Shown one piece after another: positions 38,398 through 46,371 of a DNA stretch of 46,371 bases. The stretch covers positions 1 to 46,371 of the forward strand of contig JAHHIM010000008.1 of the NCBI GenBank assembly GCA_019358915.1, written 5' to 3'. A model generated the notes under the pieces. It ran no database searches. It was not told the DNA's origin and saw nothing but the letters and a program-made list of their open reading frames with translations. Each line of letters opens with the position of its first letter. Positions within the stretch are counted from its first letter, which is position 1. This DNA is from Trichormus sp. ATA11-4-KO1. Lineage in GTDB: Bacteria > Cyanobacteriota > Cyanobacteriia > Cyanobacteriales > Nostocaceae. The translations under genes were made by a program, and so were the position numbers.

Positions 38398-38841
38398 AAG
38401 GGACTGACAAATAAAAAAATAACCAATCGCTGAGTGAGCAGGGGAAGCAGGGTAAGAAGAATAGAATAGTCGTCCTGAATGCAGGATAATGGTAATTTAG
38501 TTTTTGGAGTTCCCTAGATAAAATTTTAACCCTAGACCGGAGTCAAAAGTAAGATTAGTGACAATAGCAACAAATCTCAGGGTTGAAGTTTTTAAGTACT
38601 CCTTGCTCCTTGTCTCTACATTTTGAATTTTGAATTGGTATCAGCACTTTGCCATAACTCTACCCTAGGAACATGGGTGATTAAAGATCAAAAAAAATTA
38701 CCCCCAACTGAATTAAACAGTTTGGTGGCAATGGGTTTACAAATACCGCCAAAAGCTCTTGACAAGAGACTTTAAACTGACAGTTTTAGTACTTAGTATG
38801 GGCTATAAGTGCAGCTATGCCGCAAGGCTTTACAGTACTCT

Positions 38842-40578
38842 TTAAGCCGGATAAATTCGCAGACGTCGATTTGGTTCTTCACCAAAACTATCAGATTTGA
38901 GCCGATAGTGTTCGACCAACTCATGTTGCATTTTGCGTACTTGGGAAGAACGGGGCAATAACTCGACTGGCTGTCCTTTGGGAATGACAATCTGCTCTAC
39001 AGCAAGTCTAGCTTCTTCTAGGGCATCCATTTCATCATCGCTGCCACTGTGTAGAAACAGTTGCAGTTCTCGGTCATCGGTCATTTCTGGGTCTTCAATA
39101 TTCAGCAACCGCCGCAAACCACGGGTAATCTGCGGTATGGTGCTGGACTTAATCATGTGAATTGGCACATGCCGGGCTTTGGCCATTTGCCTTAATTTAG
39201 CGTGGTTTTTGACGTGCGATCGCAGTGCCAAAATTGCATCAGCATTATCAATTTCTTTTGTCAATACTACTGGCAGAGTGAGTACGCTAATTACCTGTTC
39301 TAATTGGTGGCGACTGACTCCATAGGGATAAATGTGCAGTGGCAAATCTTCGCCGTTTGGCCCCGCTTGTCTGCTAGTACTGATTTCAATGCTTTCAGAG
39401 TAATTGAAAGATTCATCCAGCAATCGGTCAAATTCACTGCGTCCAGTCATCCGCTCTCGCTCTAGAGACAATGGCGGCAGTGCTATCATTTGTCCTGATG
39501 AACGCCAGCCATTAGTCTGTCGTGCTGGTGGGAAAGATCCTTCTTCTGCCGCTACGTTTCCACCACGACCATTGACTACGGATAACTGGCGTGTAATTGC
39601 AACTTTCCCTTGCTCATCCACAGTTCTCGTTTGTGGACTAGGCTGACGCCCCCGCAAAAGAGTATCTACTGTATCAGCCACACTTTCGTGTACTACCCAG
39701 CGCTGCCTTTCTAACATTTCCACAGCAATCTCGAAGGTGGGAGGAGCTTTGCGTTCCAAAACAGTCTTTTGACTGCCCCGCCTCCTGGCTTCGTCATCTC
39801 CTAAAGTCACAGCCTGTATTCCCCCAACTAAATCAGAAAGAGTGGGGTTTTTAATCAGGTTTTCAATTTGGTTACCATGGGCAGTACCCACCAATTGCAC
39901 ACCCCGTTCAGCAATGGTACGCGCCGCTAAAGCTTCTAATTCTGTACCAATTTCATCAATGACGATGACTTCTGGCATATGGTTTTCTACTGCCTCAATC
40001 ATTACCTGATGCTGAAGTTCGGGTTGTGCTACTTGCATTCGCCTCGCTCGACCAATGGCAGGGTGAGGTACATCACCATCCCCAGCGATTTCGTTGGAAG
40101 TGTCAATAATTACTACACGCTTATGCAGGTCATCTGCCAAAACACGAGCAATTTCTCTTAAAGCGGTAGTTTTACCCACGCCAGGTCGTCCCAGCATAAG
40201 AATTGATTTACCAGTTTCTACCAAATCGCGGATCATGCCAATTGTGCCGAATACCGCCCGACCAACGCGACAGGTTAGACCAATAATCCTACCACTGCGG
40301 TTACGCATAGCGCTGATGCGATGCAATGTTTGCTCAATTCCTGCTCGATTATCTCCGCTAAAGGTGCCAACTCGCTGAATACAATCGTCTATTTGTGCTT
40401 GAGTGACGGGTATTTCGCTCAGATACTCAGCTTGATGAGGAAAGCGAGCCTCTGGGCAACGACCCAGATCCAAGACCACTTCAACTAAACTATCTCGTTG
40501 AGGATGATTCTCTAGTACTTGTCGCAGGTCTTGAGGCAAAATGTCTAATAACTTTTGGAGATCTTCTTTAATCGTCAT
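38842..40578 (-). CDS. ycf45: Ycf45-like AAA ATPase (SpoIIIAA-related) with R3H domain
   Basis: GRPGVGKTT, VIVIDEIG and GTAHG motifs; C-terminal RKMQH; likely start MTIKED. Confidence 0.88.
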   Translation of the reverse strand: MTIKEDLQKLLDILPQDLRQVLENHPQRDSLVEVVLDLGRCPEARFPHQAEYLSEIPVTQAQIDDCIQRVGTFSGDNRAGIEQTLHRISAMRNRSGRIIGLTCRVGRAVFGTIGMIRDLVETGKSILMLGRPGVGKTTALREIARVLADDLHKRVVIIDTSNEIAGDGDVPHPAIGRARRMQVAQPELQHQVMIEAVENHMPEVIVIDEIGTELEALAARTIAERGVQLVGTAHGNQIENLIKNPTLSDLVGGIQAVTLGDDEARRRGSQKTVLERKAPPTFEIAVEMLERQRWVVHESVADTVDTLLRGRQPSPQTRTVDEQGKVAITRQLSVVNGRGGNVAAEEGSFPPARQTNGWRSSGQMIALPPLSLERERMTGRSEFDRLLDESFNYSESIEISTSRQAGPNGEDLPLHIYPYGVSRHQLEQVISVLTLPVVLTKEIDNADAILALRSHVKNHAKLRQMAKARHVPIHMIKSSTIPQITRGLRRLLNIEDPEMTDDRELQLFLHSGSDDEMDALEEARLAVEQIVIPKGQPVELLPRSSQVRKMQHELVEHYRLKSDSFGEEPNRRLRIYPA

Positions 40579-40618
40579 GCTTTCTATGGTGACGTTTTGA
40601 GAGATAACGAACGAGCGA

Positions 40619-41794
40619 TTAGCGCTCCTGCTGTGACTTGATCTGGGAAACAAGAGAATGGGCTAGCTCTACAGCTGGCCAGAGTAATTCGGGTTCTTCT
40701 TCGAGGCGGATTTTCGCCTTGACACTGGTGTGATTCACCTCCTGATTCTCTAACTGTTCGAGAATTGGTGACAGCAGTACACGGGCGTAGCTACCATAAG
40801 CTACTCCGGAGACATATTGCTGAGTGCTGAGTGCGCTAGCCCTGAGCGAAGTTGAAGGGGAGTGCTGAGTACTATCCTCAGCTCTCTTCAACAGTCCCAT
40901 TGCCTTTAACTTAGCAACGGTGTAGCTATTCGTGCCACCTGCTAACTGCACATATCCCGGTAATTTAGCTGCCAAAACTTTTTGCCCTAATTTCACTGCT
41001 GCTAAAGTAGTGCCATTGCCAATATCACCACTCATAGGACGACCGTCAGTTTGCCAAATTAAGGCACTACACAATGGGGTAATTAAATCAGTAATTGCAT
41101 GTAGATAATCAATCATGCCTTCACCATCGGGACAGCTAATGGCTACTATCTTGAGTTGATTAACCCACGGTAAAATTACTTGCCATAATTGCCGAAATTC
41201 TGCCAACCGTCCTACTTTTGTATGAATTTCTACGGCATCTACTCCCGTTGACATTACCAATGACGCGATCGCTGTCGCAGTAGACATATATGATTTTGTA
41301 TAAATTTTATCATATGGACAAACTGGTATGCAACGACCGCAGCCATAGCACTTTTGGGATTCCACTCCCGAAAAATTTACACTGAGCGCAGCCGAAGTGT
41401 TGTCTATACGGTTAAAGACGATCGCTTGTGCCGGGCAAACCGTTTCACAGGGTTTAGGGCAATCTGTGGGACATTGAGTAAAGTTAAATTCTGCTTTGCG
41501 AAAATGGGGGTCTTCTCCATCATTCAAGCTGACCATCAAAAAGGGTAGGTTGCCTTTATAGCCATAGCCTCGCTCCTTAGCATCTCTCGCCAGATGCCTG
41601 GCTACTTGTAAGGCTGACTGTGCTGCTGCTATCACTGCCGGATCAGCTGCCACATCTATACAGTCAGCGCCTGCCAAGGTGTAGGCTAATGTTAAACTTC
41701 TGACTGCCGGTAGATGCTGGAAGCTGGCTCCGCAGATGAGCTTGAACCAGTGACCTTCTTTCAGAGATTGTAAAGGGGCGAACAAATCAGTCAC
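40619..41794 (-). CDS. ldpA: LdpA, circadian input Fe-S protein
   Basis: WFKLICGAS; two 4Fe-4S motifs (CPTDCPKPCETVCP, CYGCGRCIPVCP); WQTDGRPMSGDIG. Confidence 0.92.
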   Translation of the reverse strand: MTDLFAPLQSLKEGHWFKLICGASFQHLPAVRSLTLAYTLAGADCIDVAADPAVIAAAQSALQVARHLARDAKERGYGYKGNLPFLMVSLNDGEDPHFRKAEFNFTQCPTDCPKPCETVCPAQAIVFNRIDNTSAALSVNFSGVESQKCYGCGRCIPVCPYDKIYTKSYMSTATAIASLVMSTGVDAVEIHTKVGRLAEFRQLWQVILPWVNQLKIVAISCPDGEGMIDYLHAITDLITPLCSALIWQTDGRPMSGDIGNGTTLAAVKLGQKVLAAKLPGYVQLAGGTNSYTVAKLKAMGLLKRAEDSTQHSPSTSLRASALSTQQYVSGVAYGSYARVLLSPILEQLENQEVNHTSVKAKIRLEEEPELLWPAVELAHSLVSQIKSQQER

Positions 41795-41997
41795 ATTTCT
41801 ATTATGCTTTTATAGGACTAAAAATAGTAGTCTCTAACCATATAAAAAGTGTTGATTTCCTCATTCTTAGTTCTTAGTAGCTAGGGTCCCACTCTTGGCA
41901 TCGGCTGTCAACCCTACATAGTAAAAGATTCTGCTGTCATTTTTGTGAATTAGGTATAGTTTTATATTGATTGCGAATTGTAAATATATTCAATAAC

Positions 41998-43476
41998 TTA
42001 TTTTTCAGGTGGTTTGATGGGAATGGCGATGCCCTCCGCGCTGTATGGAATGCAGATCGCAAACTCTGTACCTTGCCCAGGAGATGAGGCGCAGGTGAGG
42101 TGGCCCCGATGTTGTTGCACGATAATTTGGTAACTAATTGATAATCCTAATCCACTACCTTGGCCTACAGGTTTTGTGGTAAAAAATGGGTCAAATAAAC
42201 GCGATTGTAATAATTCATCTATCCCAGGACCATTGTCAGCGATCGCAATCTTGACAGTATGAGACTCAATTAATTCTGTACGAATGCGAATCTGTGGATT
42301 GGGGTTGGTCACTTTTGCCAATTTTCTGGGAAGTGCTGATGTTTGATGATTAATTTCAACTCTATGAAAGGTTTCCCTTTGAGCATTTACCTGGCTATGG
42401 GAGCTAACTCTCTGGTTTGTCTCCATTGCTTCTGAAGTATGGATACTAACAAACAGATTATCTGACTTATTTTCATCACTTTCTCCTCTCTCTAAGGCAT
42501 CAATGGCATTATTTAATAGATGCATAAATACCTGATTCAGTTCACTTGCATAACAGGTAATTAGGGGTAAACTACCATATTCCTTGACTATAGCAATGGC
42601 GGGACGATTGGCTGTTTCTCTAAGTCGATGTTGTAGCATCACTAGAGTACTATCGATGCCTTCATGGATATTCACTGGCTTCATGTGAGCTTCATCGTGC
42701 CTAGAGAAGTTTTGTAGCGCCAGGACAATTTCCCGAATGCGATCAGATCCTCTGTACATCGCACCCATCAAGTTTTGTAGGTCATTAATGACAAAATTTA
42801 GGTCTATGTCGTTAACTATTTTTTGAATCTGGGGGTTGGGTTGGGGATATTCCTGTTGATAAGCCTCAATAATATTCACTAAGTCTTGTACATATTGACG
42901 CGCATATTGGAGATTACCATAGATAAAACTGATGGGGTTATTAACCTCATGGGCAATTCCTGCTACTAATTGTCCTAGCCCCACCATCTTTTCATTCTGA
43001 ATCTGTTGGACTTGAGCTGCTTGCAAATTATCAAAAGCTGCTTGCAATAATTGATTTTTTTCTTTAAGTTGGATTTGCAGCGATCGCAAATTAATTTGAT
43101 TTTCAATTCGGGATATTACTTCTGCACCATGAAAAGGTTTAGTAATATAATCTACACCCCCGACATCAAAGGCTTTTACTTTATCTAAAACATCATCCAA
43201 GGCACTAATAAAAATTACTGGCACACCACAAGTATGATCATCTGCTTTCAGTTGTTGACAAACTTGATAGCCATCCATACCAGGCATGTTAATATCCAGC
43301 AAAATCACATCAGGCAACATCATTTGGCAGGCAGTCAGTGCCATTTTACCGTTTAAGGCTTTGCGAACTTCAAAACCTTTTGCTGTCAACATTGCCGACA
43401 ACAGGCGCAAATTATCTGGGGTATCATCAACCACCAAAATATTGCCTTTATAGTTGTGATTTTTATCTAAATGCAT
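41998..43476 (-). CDS. Hybrid REC-histidine kinase
   Basis: REC domain; AHEVNNP H-box; N, G1, F and G2 boxes; likely start MHLDK. Confidence 0.92.
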   Translation of the reverse strand: MHLDKNHNYKGNILVVDDTPDNLRLLSAMLTAKGFEVRKALNGKMALTACQMMLPDVILLDINMPGMDGYQVCQQLKADDHTCGVPVIFISALDDVLDKVKAFDVGGVDYITKPFHGAEVISRIENQINLRSLQIQLKEKNQLLQAAFDNLQAAQVQQIQNEKMVGLGQLVAGIAHEVNNPISFIYGNLQYARQYVQDLVNIIEAYQQEYPQPNPQIQKIVNDIDLNFVINDLQNLMGAMYRGSDRIREIVLALQNFSRHDEAHMKPVNIHEGIDSTLVMLQHRLRETANRPAIAIVKEYGSLPLITCYASELNQVFMHLLNNAIDALERGESDENKSDNLFVSIHTSEAMETNQRVSSHSQVNAQRETFHRVEINHQTSALPRKLAKVTNPNPQIRIRTELIESHTVKIAIADNGPGIDELLQSRLFDPFFTTKPVGQGSGLGLSISYQIIVQQHRGHLTCASSPGQGTEFAICIPYSAEGIAIPIKPPEK

Positions 43477-43658
43477 TTCTAACCAAAAGCTATACTTATC
43501 ATCATTAAGGATAGTGAAGCTTCTTGGAGACACCACTAACAAAATTTATCATATCAACTGCCGGGATGCGCTAATCTGATTTTCCTTTGGTGTTGGGATA
43601 GTAGATAAATATATAGATTAAATAGCTAATTAGCATTACATTACTTTTGCTCCGGTCA

Positions 43659-45494
43659 TTACCATTGAGGTAATGCATCAATGAATTTCAGTACTAATTG
43701 TGGTGCTAGTGGTTGAGAAAACAAATATCCTTGAGCAAAGCCACAATTTAAAGTTCTCAGTTTTTCCAATTGTTCTGTGGTTTCAACTCCTTCTGCGATC
43801 ACCGTCATACCCATTGATTCCGCAATGCCAATCATCGCTGGTACTAACCCCATATTTTCTTGATTTTCCTGCATAATTTTGACAAATGATTTATCAATTT
43901 TTAGGGCATTCAAAGGAAAACTATGTAGATAACTTAGAGATGAATAACCTGTACCAAAATCATCCATGATTAGTTTAATATTTCTATCTTTTAGTTGATG
44001 AATAATTGTTTTCACTGCATTAGTATTTTCCATAATTACGCTTTCTGTAATTTCCAATTCTAAGTTGGCTGGATTTATTTTAGTTTCATGAATAATTTGA
44101 TCGATTTGTGCTATTAAATTAGATTGTGAAAACGATTGTGCACTCAAATTCACACTAATAGTGAGATTTTTTGGTGTTGTTAGGTAATCTTGCCAGATAC
44201 GTAGTTGCTCACAAGCTGACTGCAATACCCATCTATCAATAGCATTAATTAAACCTGTTTCTTCTGCCACAGGAATAAACTCTGTAGGAGAGATAAGACC
44301 ACGAACTGGATGTTGCCAGCGTACAAGTGCTTCAAATCCAGCAATTCTGCCTGTATTCAGCGAAATAATTGGTTGATAGTAGATGAGGAATTCTTGCCGT
44401 TCCACAGCCCTACGCAGGTCGTTTTCTAAATCTAAAAGTTGAATTGCTTCCTGATACATGGCTGGATCAAACACATGATATCTAGCTCTTCCTAGAGCTT
44501 TAGCGCGATACATTGCCGTGTCAGCATCTCGGAGCAAATACTCTGGCTGATCGTAGTCTTTACTACCCCAATTAATGCCAATACTAGCATTCATAAAGAC
44601 TTCGTATCTTGACAGTTTAAAACTAAGTGATAACTGTTGTAATATCTGCTCGGCAACTTGGATGGCTGTGCTGATATCTGTCAACTTTTCTAAAAGAATC
44701 CCAAATTCATCACCACCTAATCGTGCTAAAGTATCAGCTGGTGTCAGACATGCTTGCAGGCGGCGAGAAATGGCTATGAGTAATTCATCTCCGACTAAAT
44801 GACCCAAAGAATCATTGACAACTTTAAAGCGATCGCAATCCAAAAACAAGACAGCAAACTGATAATTGGCTTCTTGCTTAGCCAGATGTAGAGCTTTTTC
44901 TAGTCGCTTAATAAACAAAAATCTATTTGGTAACCCAGTGAGGGAATCATGCAACACCATGTCTAGCAATTTACTTTGCAGTTGCTGACGCGAAGCAATT
45001 TCTCCTTGGAGTTTTTGCAGAGCCTTTTCTAGCTCCCAAGTGCGCTGTTTTACTCTTTGTTCTAGTTCGGTGTTTAATTTTAATATTTCTAGTTGCGCCG
45101 CCCTCAATACCATTTGGTTTTGTACACGCACTAAAACTTCTTCAAATTCAAACGGTTTGGGAATATAGTCTACTCCTCCGACTTTAAAGGCTTTCACCTT
45201 GTCGAAAACATCATCTAAAGCACTGATGAAAATTACTGGAATATCTGCGGTGATATCCCATGCTTTCAATCTCTGACAAACTTCATAACCATCTACATCC
45301 GGCATCATAATATCGAGTAGAATTAGATCCGGTAATACTGTTTGACAAGCAGTTAATGCCATTTGCCAGTTCAAAGCTTTGCGGACGTTATATCCTTCTT
45401 TTGTTAAAAGTGAGGACAAAACTCGCAGATTATCTGCCATGTCATCAATGATCAAAATATCTTTTTTATCAAGGTCTGACCGCTTGTAATTCAT
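43659..45494 (-). CDS. REC-GGDEF-EAL c-di-GMP signalling protein
   Basis: REC domain; RLGGDEF, EAL and DDFGTGYSS motifs intact. Confidence 0.93.
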   Translation of the reverse strand: MNYKRSDLDKKDILIIDDMADNLRVLSSLLTKEGYNVRKALNWQMALTACQTVLPDLILLDIMMPDVDGYEVCQRLKAWDITADIPVIFISALDDVFDKVKAFKVGGVDYIPKPFEFEEVLVRVQNQMVLRAAQLEILKLNTELEQRVKQRTWELEKALQKLQGEIASRQQLQSKLLDMVLHDSLTGLPNRFLFIKRLEKALHLAKQEANYQFAVLFLDCDRFKVVNDSLGHLVGDELLIAISRRLQACLTPADTLARLGGDEFGILLEKLTDISTAIQVAEQILQQLSLSFKLSRYEVFMNASIGINWGSKDYDQPEYLLRDADTAMYRAKALGRARYHVFDPAMYQEAIQLLDLENDLRRAVERQEFLIYYQPIISLNTGRIAGFEALVRWQHPVRGLISPTEFIPVAEETGLINAIDRWVLQSACEQLRIWQDYLTTPKNLTISVNLSAQSFSQSNLIAQIDQIIHETKINPANLELEITESVIMENTNAVKTIIHQLKDRNIKLIMDDFGTGYSSLSYLHSFPLNALKIDKSFVKIMQENQENMGLVPAMIGIAESMGMTVIAEGVETTEQLEKLRTLNCGFAQGYLFSQPLAPQLVLKFIDALPQW

Positions 45495-46371
45495 TCTGCC
45501 TTTGTTTTAGTCAATTCCATAATTGTCTCAAACTGATATTTGCTAGCTAGATCACTGAAAAGTCGGAAAATCTGACTTTTATCTGGCGGCATTTGCTGGA
45601 GTAACTCTAAAATTAAGTCGTCGCTACAACTGGCTGCGGCATGGTATACACTTTTCAACCAATTAGGCGACATTTGTGATAAATGCCACTTAATGTCAGT
45701 TTCGCTGGTCGATATCTGTGTTTTGGGATTAATAGCTGTTATTTTAGTGGTTTCTACTGGGCTGATATATTTTACACCTAGATGTTGGCTCACTTTTGCT
45801 AGTAATACTTCTCGTGTAAAAGGCTTGCGAATAAAATCATCGCAACCAGTTGATAAAATTTTCTGGCGTTCTTCTTCAAAAGCGCTGGCAGTCAGAGCAA
45901 TGATGACGGTATGAGTATTGGGAAGCCAGTCACTCTGTGAGATAGTACTTTGTGAAGTCAGTGTGTGGGAGTGCCAACATGTAGGTGAGGTCGCCTGGTG
46001 AGTCCAGCACTGCGGTGGAGAGGTTCCCCATGAGGAAATAGGCAAAACTGCTGAAAGGTTTTCTGTTTGAGGTTTACTGACATCCAATTTTGGAGAATTG
46101 TAGACACCCGAAGGATAGCAACTAACCTGAGGTTTCGGACGTTGAAGCAATTGGCATTGACTGTCTTTTTTTGTATAAGTAGCCATATAACTGGCTTCTT
46201 TGATTCCTGCTTCAGATGAAACCTGAGTTTTCTGTAACCCATGATTGATTTTGCTAGCTTTAATGATTCTTGTAGCTTCGTAACCATCCATCACAGGCAT
46301 CCGCATATCCATGAAAATCAGGTGTGGTTGCCATGCCATCCATTGAGCGATCGCTTCTTGACCATTTGCCG
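45491..46371 (-). CDS. C-terminal receiver region of a larger signalling protein, probably a hybrid kinase (5'-partial)
   Basis: Frame is open to the window edge (..ANGQEAIAQW); FMDMRMP, IIALTASAF and DDFIRKPF motifs. Confidence 0.85.
   Translation of the reverse strand, partial: ANGQEAIAQWMAWQPHLIFMDMRMPVMDGYEATRIIKASKINHGLQKTQVSSEAGIKEASYMATYTKKDSQCQLLQRPKPQVSCYPSGVYNSPKLDVSKPQTENLSAVLPISSWGTSPPQCWTHQATSPTCWHSHTLTSQSTISQSDWLPNTHTVIIALTASAFEEERQKILSTGCDDFIRKPFTREVLLAKVSQHLGVKYISPVETTKITAINPKTQISTSETDIKWHLSQMSPNWLKSVYHAAASCSDDLILELLQQMPPDKSQIFRLFSDLASKYQFETIMELTKTKAE

Noticed and set aside
38688..38735. Minus-strand hairpin plus U-run as an sRNA
   Set aside because: Most simply the terminator of the ldpA-ycf45 transcript.

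Overview
Chromosomal window from a heterocyst-forming cyanobacterium (Nostocales). The assignment rests on hetF preceded by NsiR1-type sRNA copies with a DIF (TCCGGA) promoter, dense HIP1 (GCGATCGC) sites, heptameric tandem repeats and small dispersed repeats (SDRs). Most genes are core or common accessory genes: hetF, PrxQ, sipA, Spy/CpxP-like plus NarX/NarL-type two-component system, deaminase, K+ channel, PIN toxin-antitoxin pair, SLH protein, Ca2+/H+ antiporter, GH57, cyAbrB, ClC, GT39, a serine-recombinase-like gene, crtO-like, chlI, thrC-like plus sulfur carrier, a ThDP decarboxylase, moaD, ycf45, ldpA and a REC/HK/GGDEF-EAL cluster. There are decayed ISL3, IS701 and ISKra4 fragments and two internally deleted pseudogenes. 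No rRNA, tRNA, CRISPR array or prophage was seen. Best leads: (i) a full-length serine-recombinase-like protein lacking the catalytic Ser motif; (ii) a thrC-like/sulfur-carrier operon with an IscR-type Rrf2 box and a structured 3' UTR; (iii) tiny repeats inserted in frame into ldpA and the recombinase; (iv) a perfect 40-bp palindrome; (v) a ClC with atypical selectivity residues; (vi) a DIF-type promoter on a peptidoglycan-binding gene. All calls come from reading and recall. No searches were run, and none of these leads is proven to be a novel system.
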